DNA of 55,005 nucleotides, the filler included, from Sphacelaria rigidula (lineage: Eukaryota): NCBI GenBank assembly GCA_964200075.2. It is 6 parts of 6 records of this genome, joined end to end, with 100 filler letters (N's around TTAATTAATTAA, not from the genome) between each part and the next. Parts side by side here need not be neighbours in the genome. Positions count along the whole stretch, not along the records: positions 45,923 to 55,005 come from CAXNAA020009346.1; 5 more parts are not named here. One strand, written 5' to 3'. Positions 48,461-55,005 of the stretch are shown one piece after another. The translations under genes and the position numbers were made by a program. How positions within the stretch are numbered: position 1 is the stretch's first letter; every line of letters begins with the position of its first letter. The notes beneath the pieces were generated by a model. That model made no database searches. It worked only from the letters and a program-made list of their open reading frames with translations, and was not told the DNA's origin.

Positions 48461-51382
48461 TTCAAATCACAATTCTAAAAATTGAGCCAATACATGGAGA
48501 TAAGGCCTAAGAGCAACGTTCGGTTCCCCTCAAAACTCCACAACAAAAAAAAATGCAAAAATGAAAGTAGAAAGCTTTTTTGTATTTTTCCCATGCCTGC
48601 AGCCATCGGGACAGAGGGGGCAAGGAGCACAGGCAGATATTTTACAAACCCCGCAAAGCCCACCAGACTTTTCGAATCCCTCCAGAGATATTTTACGAAC
48701 CCCATCTGAGGGGGGAAGTGATGGGTTTGGGGAGCGCCTTCTCCCTTTGACTCGAGACGAAACAGCCAACACCCCATGAAAATTTCATCTGTGTGTAGAG
48801 AGCACTGCGTGCCGACAATATTCAAAGCAAATCAGGCACTCCCAGCGGAGATCAAACCGTCTCCACAAAGGCCTGAAGACGCCACAGCGCAGCGACACCT
48901 ACAACACACAAGATAGACCATGAGTGTGTTTGTGCTACAGTACAGTCATGCAGCGCATGCCCCATTCGATAGTCCTTGCCCTGATTTCAGGTGGGTCCTC
49001 GATTTTTGCCCAGCGGCGATTTTCAAACACACCGCCATAATCTCGATTGCCGCAAAAAAATATTATTTCACTTTGAGTTACCCTCATCTGTGGGAGGTGA
49101 GCAACTTTTTCAGGATTATATTTTTGTCTGTTAAAAGGAGCGGCCTCACCAGCGACTCGATACAGTACAGGCGGACCCTGCTGTACCACTCAAGAGGGGC
49201 GAGGTAGTTTGTTTTCACGAACCACGCGTTTGTCGTCTCGAATGAAATACCGGAAGTCTGAAGGAGGCCGACTCGGAAGATAATCACAATAAGTTCAAAT
49301 CAAAGGTCAAGACTGTGCAAACCCGCTCCAGCGAGTGTGCATCCAGCAACCAGAGCAAGGCTGGTTCCTATTTATCTCCGTGAACTCCTCTGCATTCGCA
49401 TCCGATTGCTGTGACCTTCCACCATGAGGGAACGACTGTGAGGTGTGATATAGGTGGGGTGATATATATATGTAGGGAGAGGTGGGGTGGGTAATGTGAG
49501 GTTATCATGTTTTTTTCGTCTCGCGGAAGCACCTGCACTTAAGGTATCTTCAAGCTCTACTTTTCAGGGGCGATGTGCAGGTACGCAACGGAACGAGCGG
49601 GTGTACCTGAGTTCCCCTGTACACTGTTTGTGTTTGCAAACGGGAAGTCGCAGCGAGAGACGGGCCGTGACATATACGACAATACGGACGAGACAAGCTG
49701 TTGTTGCAACTGTCTCGTGCATACTATTGCCTTCAGTTATCTCATCATGAGGAACATTGCCGAGGAACCTTGGTAATGCAACCTGCCCAAATACAATCCA
49801 TGTACGTAGGACGGTGTTGAAACAACGTTTGCGCCGCGAAGTGAACACAACAAAAGTACAGATTTGAACCCGAACTTGCATTGTCCATCCGTGATGGGTG
49901 CTTTGGCGTGTATATGCCCCTACGTCTGTGCAAATCATCAAGGGAGTTTCGATCGATGCTGTACATATGCCCGTATACCTGTGACCAGTACTCGATAGCG
50001 CAACCTCAGATTTTTGAACGCATCGTAGTACCGGCTTGCGCTGGTGATCGCTTCGACTCACGAATGGTGTCCACCCCTCTGCCGCCAGTACCCCCTTCGC
50101 CACTCTTCTTTCCATCCGCTTCATAAACAACAGCAGGCTTCACCCGCCACCATACCCTTGACTGAAGCCGGCTGGCGTCTGCCCTCGCGCGTCTAGCGGA
50201 ACACTCTACCCCTTGAGGCGATCGACAACGTACCCAACAGAAAGTCCGGAGATCGTACGAAAAAACAAAACGTCGGAGCAGTTACGACTGCAGAGAAGTT
50301 TACGAAGGTGGGTCAAAACGTAAAAATGACTGGCTCGAAACCCTTGGGTAGTTGGTAGCTATTGTTGAAACGAATATTGACAGAGTACACGCCAAACCAT
50401 AGTGCATGGTACACAATAATCACCGCCCGCACATGCGTGCCGATGCGCCTATTTCGACACTGCATATCTCAGGGATCGCGGCGGCTGTCGGGCGAGGCAA
50501 GATGCCGACCGCGAGCGAACTAGACAGATTGAAATGAGGTAAACGTGAGGGTATCTATCGTATCTCCGTGCTCCATGAAATGTACACACCAAAAATCATC
50601 GTCATCCGCTGAATGCATCGGTCGGAGGTTTCATGTAGATTTTTGTCAGGTGACGAGGATTTGTAATCTTCCTATCCCAAACTGGCGGGGGTCGGCAAGC
50701 ACTGATTTTTGCGAACAAAGGTTTGTTCCGCGGCCAATTTCGAACCTCGGAGCCAAGCGAATCTGAAAAGCAGACTAGGCTTCTCTCTGTGGGGTGATGC
50801 AACGTGTCGGAAACGTGTGTTGGCGGTTTTCTTGGATTGGGGGTCAAAAGGTGGGCCAAACGTTCCAGAAGCGAACAATCCGTGGGCCAAAAATCTGCCC
50901 ACATTAGACAGATATACCCTGAGGGTGTGGTATACTCGCAAAAAGTATATCCACCTATATAGATGGATTCTTATTTCCACCGTGACCTTGTCTCACGACC
51001 GATCCCGCGTTGTTTTTTTAATTGGGGAGCCCACATTTTCTCAATCAGCTGCCCGTTACCGATGTTTTCAAACAAAGTAAAGCCTTCACGGGTAGTACCG
51101 GAGTGCAGGCAGTAGTCAATAGTCATATCCTCGTACACACGTGAAAGGTACCCATGTGTGTACATGCAGCAGCTCATGAGCGGCCCTGCTCCACCCGCGG
51201 AACCCTCAAAGTTGGGTTCCCGGTCGGTAAGACCGCACCGGGGTGCGATCTTACCGACCCCGGTGCGAAGGTGCAGTTCAATCATGATATTTCCACTTTT
51301 TTTTGCGCACCCCCGTGCCAGCTCTCCGACCGGTGCCATCTTCCCGACCGGTGCCATCTCTCGCACTTTTACGGTTTGTTTT

Positions 51383-51990
51383 TCAACACCACCGTCGGGT
51401 TCTTTTCCAGCCGTCAACATACGTTAGTACACTTCTAACATGCGCCTTGAATTCCGGGGGCGAAATCCTGTCCACCAAAGCTATGGAAACCGACTTGGCC
51501 GGGCCTGGCAACCAACTCCTGTCCTCCGCACGGTACATGGCTTGCACCATCATCAGGTTTTCGAAGAAAAACCTTTCCATAGCTGAACTGACCATCATCG
51601 CACGGCCCTTTACAGATTTCCCACTGCTTTGTGGCATAGTAAGAACTCTACGCAGGTCTGCTGCAGCCCGTGCAGCGTCATGCTTTCCGCCAGTTGTGGA
51701 ATACCCGGCATGCTGCTTCACAGCATCAAGCAATTCATCGGGGGTCACAGCCCGACCGTCCTTGTACATGTCTTCGGAGCAGCGGTGAATGTAGACAGTA
51801 GTGAGTTGCCCTATGCTTACTCTCTCATGCCGTATAATTCCTTGTCCATTAGCGAGACTTCACCACTGTAAGTATTCAAGATATGCTGCGAAAAAAACGC
51901 GTGATGCTTTCTCTGCCCATACTTCGCCACACTTGGGCGGCTGTAGTGGCTCACCTAACACCAGCGGCGCTACCGCCGCTTGAGCCATGT
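51383..51990 (-). mobile_element. Decayed gag N-terminal/capsid region, same family as 32150-33500
   Basis: APLVLGEPLQPPKCGEVWAEKASRVFFAAYLEY...ANGQGIIRH...VTPDELLDAVKQHAG aligns with TPVVMREELRPLQYGDRYSKSASRTFITEYFE...ANAGGVVRH...ITPPQLVAAIKKHAG. Confidence 0.7.
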
Positions 51991-54587
51991 CGTCTATGCT
52001 TCAAACACTTCACGGAGAGACTCTTGCCTGACTTGTGCGTCCTCCAGCTCACTGAGCGTCCCCCCTCGCTGTGCGCTTCAAGCTGGTCTCCTCCTGTCTG
52101 CGGACTAAACTAGCTCTAAGCTGCTGCCCAACTTTTCTCTTCAGCAAAACTCCTCCATCAGAGTGCCGGAAGAAAAATATCCAGATATTATAGCCTCTCC
52201 CAGACGATCTAGACAAGAGGACTATTCACGAGGGATTCCTCCAGTAGCACTAGCCTCGTGCTCGAGAAGTCCTTTCTTCTCACTTGTTATCATCACGGAG
52301 TGATCCTCAATAGATCACATCAAGAGCCACACAGCAAGGAGCCACACAGATGAGGGTCATCAATCCAGGATTCCCTGTCCCCTGCGACTGCTCCAATCGT
52401 GCATGCGATTATACTGAAACCGACGGCTTCGTATCATTTGGCTACACGTCGCCCACACTGCCCCCATATATATATATATATATTGAGCAATGATGTGTGT
52501 TCAACCCGACGGTACCAATATGTATTGAGCGAGCAATATATATGCAGTCCAACGACCATCAATATATATTGGGTGCGCAATACGTGTGCAGTCCAAGGGT
52601 ACCGATATATATTACGCCGGAAACATATCGCAAAATTTCAATATGATCGACTAATATAATACTTGGTATACGGATTACTCTGTTTTACATCACGCTTCCA
52701 TTTTGTTTTCCTTTGTTACGATGGGAAAGGAGCATAACAGGAAATCGTGCGCCGTTCTGATCTCGCAAGCTAGGGTGAGGAACAAGCGATACCGATACGC
52801 ACACACATTCCGTAGCCACCTTTCAAGCCATCGTGGGGTGCAAACGGCCTGGTAGCGCAAGAGAAACGCGCCTGCTACACACTGAGCCAAAAAATACCTA
52901 TATCAACACTGGACTTAACTTGGACATATAGCTTTTGTCAAAAACACGACTCACGCAACTTTGACATGAGCTATGTTGTCTGGAGGCATGGAAGCACGTA
53001 ATCATGTGGTGCTGCACAGTACAAAAAATACAGCCAACCGACCGGAGGTGGGCATAAGCTATGTCCAAGTCGCGAGCACATCCAGGGATTGGAATACCTA
53101 TCCGCGCTCGCCCCATATACCTTGCATCGACACCACAGCAGCTGCACTACACTCACACATTCCGTAGCCATCGTTCAAGCCATCGCACGGTGCAACCCGC
53201 CTCCTAGCGGTCGAGAAACGCGCCTGCTGCACAGTACAGTATCAGAAAACACCGCCAACGGACTGGAGGTGGACATGAGCTATGTGCAAGTCACGAGTTG
53301 GACATAGCTAATGTCCACCTCCAGTATTTGATAAAGGGGTTGACCCGTAGGGGACGCGCTCTCGACAGGGGAATGTGTATACCTTCTTCTTGCATTAACC
53401 TCTTATAACCTTCACTCACCACACATCAACCGTGCACGCTCCACCCGAGCTGCTCTCTCCAACTCAAAACGCACTGACCAAAATGCACCCTGAAACATAA
53501 CTGAGTACGGTAGGGAGGACTGCATATGGGTTCCCCCACTTGTTCTCACACCCAGTCATGACATAATCCGTCAACGTACGCGATCCGACATCCATGATGC
53601 TTCGTCAATCTGCACCGCATGTACCCGACTTAATCCAAGTACACATGCACTATTGTCCAGCTCGACGATCGTCAATTAGCCCCCCACGTTGAGGCTGAAC
53701 CTTACTCATATCACACAAAAAGTTGTAGTTCCATTCCATGAGATTGGGCAAATTCAACCACAAATGCCGGGATACATGGAAGATTCTGCAATAAAAAACA
53801 AAATCATCATGGGCCATTGACTCCTGAATTATATGCCCCACTGACCTCATATCATCTCACTATTTTCGGGAGCACAAATTCTCAAATCTCTCGACGTATT
53901 TTCCTAAAATCTCCCAAGAAAAACATACTTTTCTCATCATGCAAGTGCCGGAGTATATGGGGGACTCAGCAAGAAAAAATTAAAAGTCATCAAGGAAAGT
54001 TACTTCCTACATTATATGCCCCCCTGACCCCATATCATCTCGCCATTTTCGGGAGCATAAAATGTCAAAACTCGGGACGTGTTTGTCCAAAAATATCTCA
54101 TAGACATATGGCCGGAAATCCAAGATCAATAGATTCATCCACCAAATAGAATCCGTCATATGCCATGATCCGTAAAATATCAATATATATTAATCGGCCC
54201 CTTGACCTTTTTCGTGGCGACAGCACATGCTTGGAAACTTTCGAATGAAGGGAAAATTCCCATCCTGTCATCTCGGTGATAATATGAAGAAAACAAAACG
54301 AGAGTGAATCACACAAGAGTCGAACTCAAATCGAACTGTGAAATGCATTATACACGACAAAGCGTAATATCCTCGTGCAAGATCAAACAAATCCTTGTCG
54401 TGCATCTCAATCGCTGTTGCAGATATGATGCCCACTGATCAAATCACTGCATTCGGATAGTGGTCACATTGCTGCGCTTTTACTCAAAATCAAAATATCC
54501 AATGCATGAATCTCCCATCAAATTAAAGTGGTCTATAGATATATACTTGACAGTCTACAAGGGAGAATACTATTCCCTAAAATCCAC

Positions 54588-55005
54588 CTTCATCTTTCTG
54601 CATTCTTCCCTGGTAACGCCCCCCCTCCTCCATCGAAACGGTTCCGCATCCTTGCTCCACTCCACCGGCATCACTTCCCTGCTCCAACCCATCGGCACCG
54701 CCCCCCCCCTATCGTAGGATGACTCTCGCTGTGCTGCCGCCACCATTTCCATTCACCACCGCGCCTCAACAACCACACTGCATCACAACCCCAAGTCCGA
54801 CACGATCAATACCAACACCACTCCCGCCGACACAATCGGCAACACATTTCAATGCGTGGCGTCGTCGGCGCCGGTGAAACGGAGCGGGGGGGCGGTGCCG
54901 ATGGGTTGGAGCAGGGAAGTGATGCCGGTGGAGTGGAGCAAGGATGCGGAACCGTTTCGATGGAGGAGGGGGGGCGTTACCAGGGAAGAATGCAGAAAGA
55001 TGAAG
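54588..55005. repeat. Perfect 120-bp inverted repeat (54588-54707 / 54886-55005) with 178-bp spacer
   Basis: Arms read as exact reverse complements; the right arm runs to the window end. Confidence 0.95.

Overview
Eukaryotic, repeat-rich nuclear DNA, most likely a brown alga (Phaeophyceae). That assignment is an inference from the short GT-AG exons, long TE-filled introns and repeat families. The window is not one locus: it is six unrelated ~9.08-kb contigs (9086, 9085, 9084, 9084, 9083, 9083 bp) joined in descending size order by artificial 100-bp N44-TTAATTAATTAA-N44 linkers. Host genes: (1) seven exons of a NIT1-type nitrilase (deaminated glutathione amidase) on the minus strand, 548-4886, with its 5' exon(s) missing; (2) two consecutive exons of a Sua5/YrdC (YciO-like) gene on the plus strand, 12684-15268; (3) a two-exon minus-strand locus, 19254-22441, whose product resembles a ZU5 domain ending in a PIDD-type HF|S autoproteolysis motif followed by an unknown domain, with one in-frame TGA. 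The third is the best novelty candidate. Most of the rest is transposon debris: an RTE LINE, Gypsy gag/protease/RT relics, solo-LTR candidates, fold-back MITEs, ~100-bp piggyBac-like MITEs, tRNA-derived SINE heads, and a 2.8-kb non-autonomous hAT/P-type element (perfect 8-bp TSD) filled with a palindromic 41-bp satellite. A perfect 120-bp inverted repeat ends the last contig. No CRISPR array, rRNA or intact tRNA was seen. All family assignments come from recalled motifs; no database searches were run.
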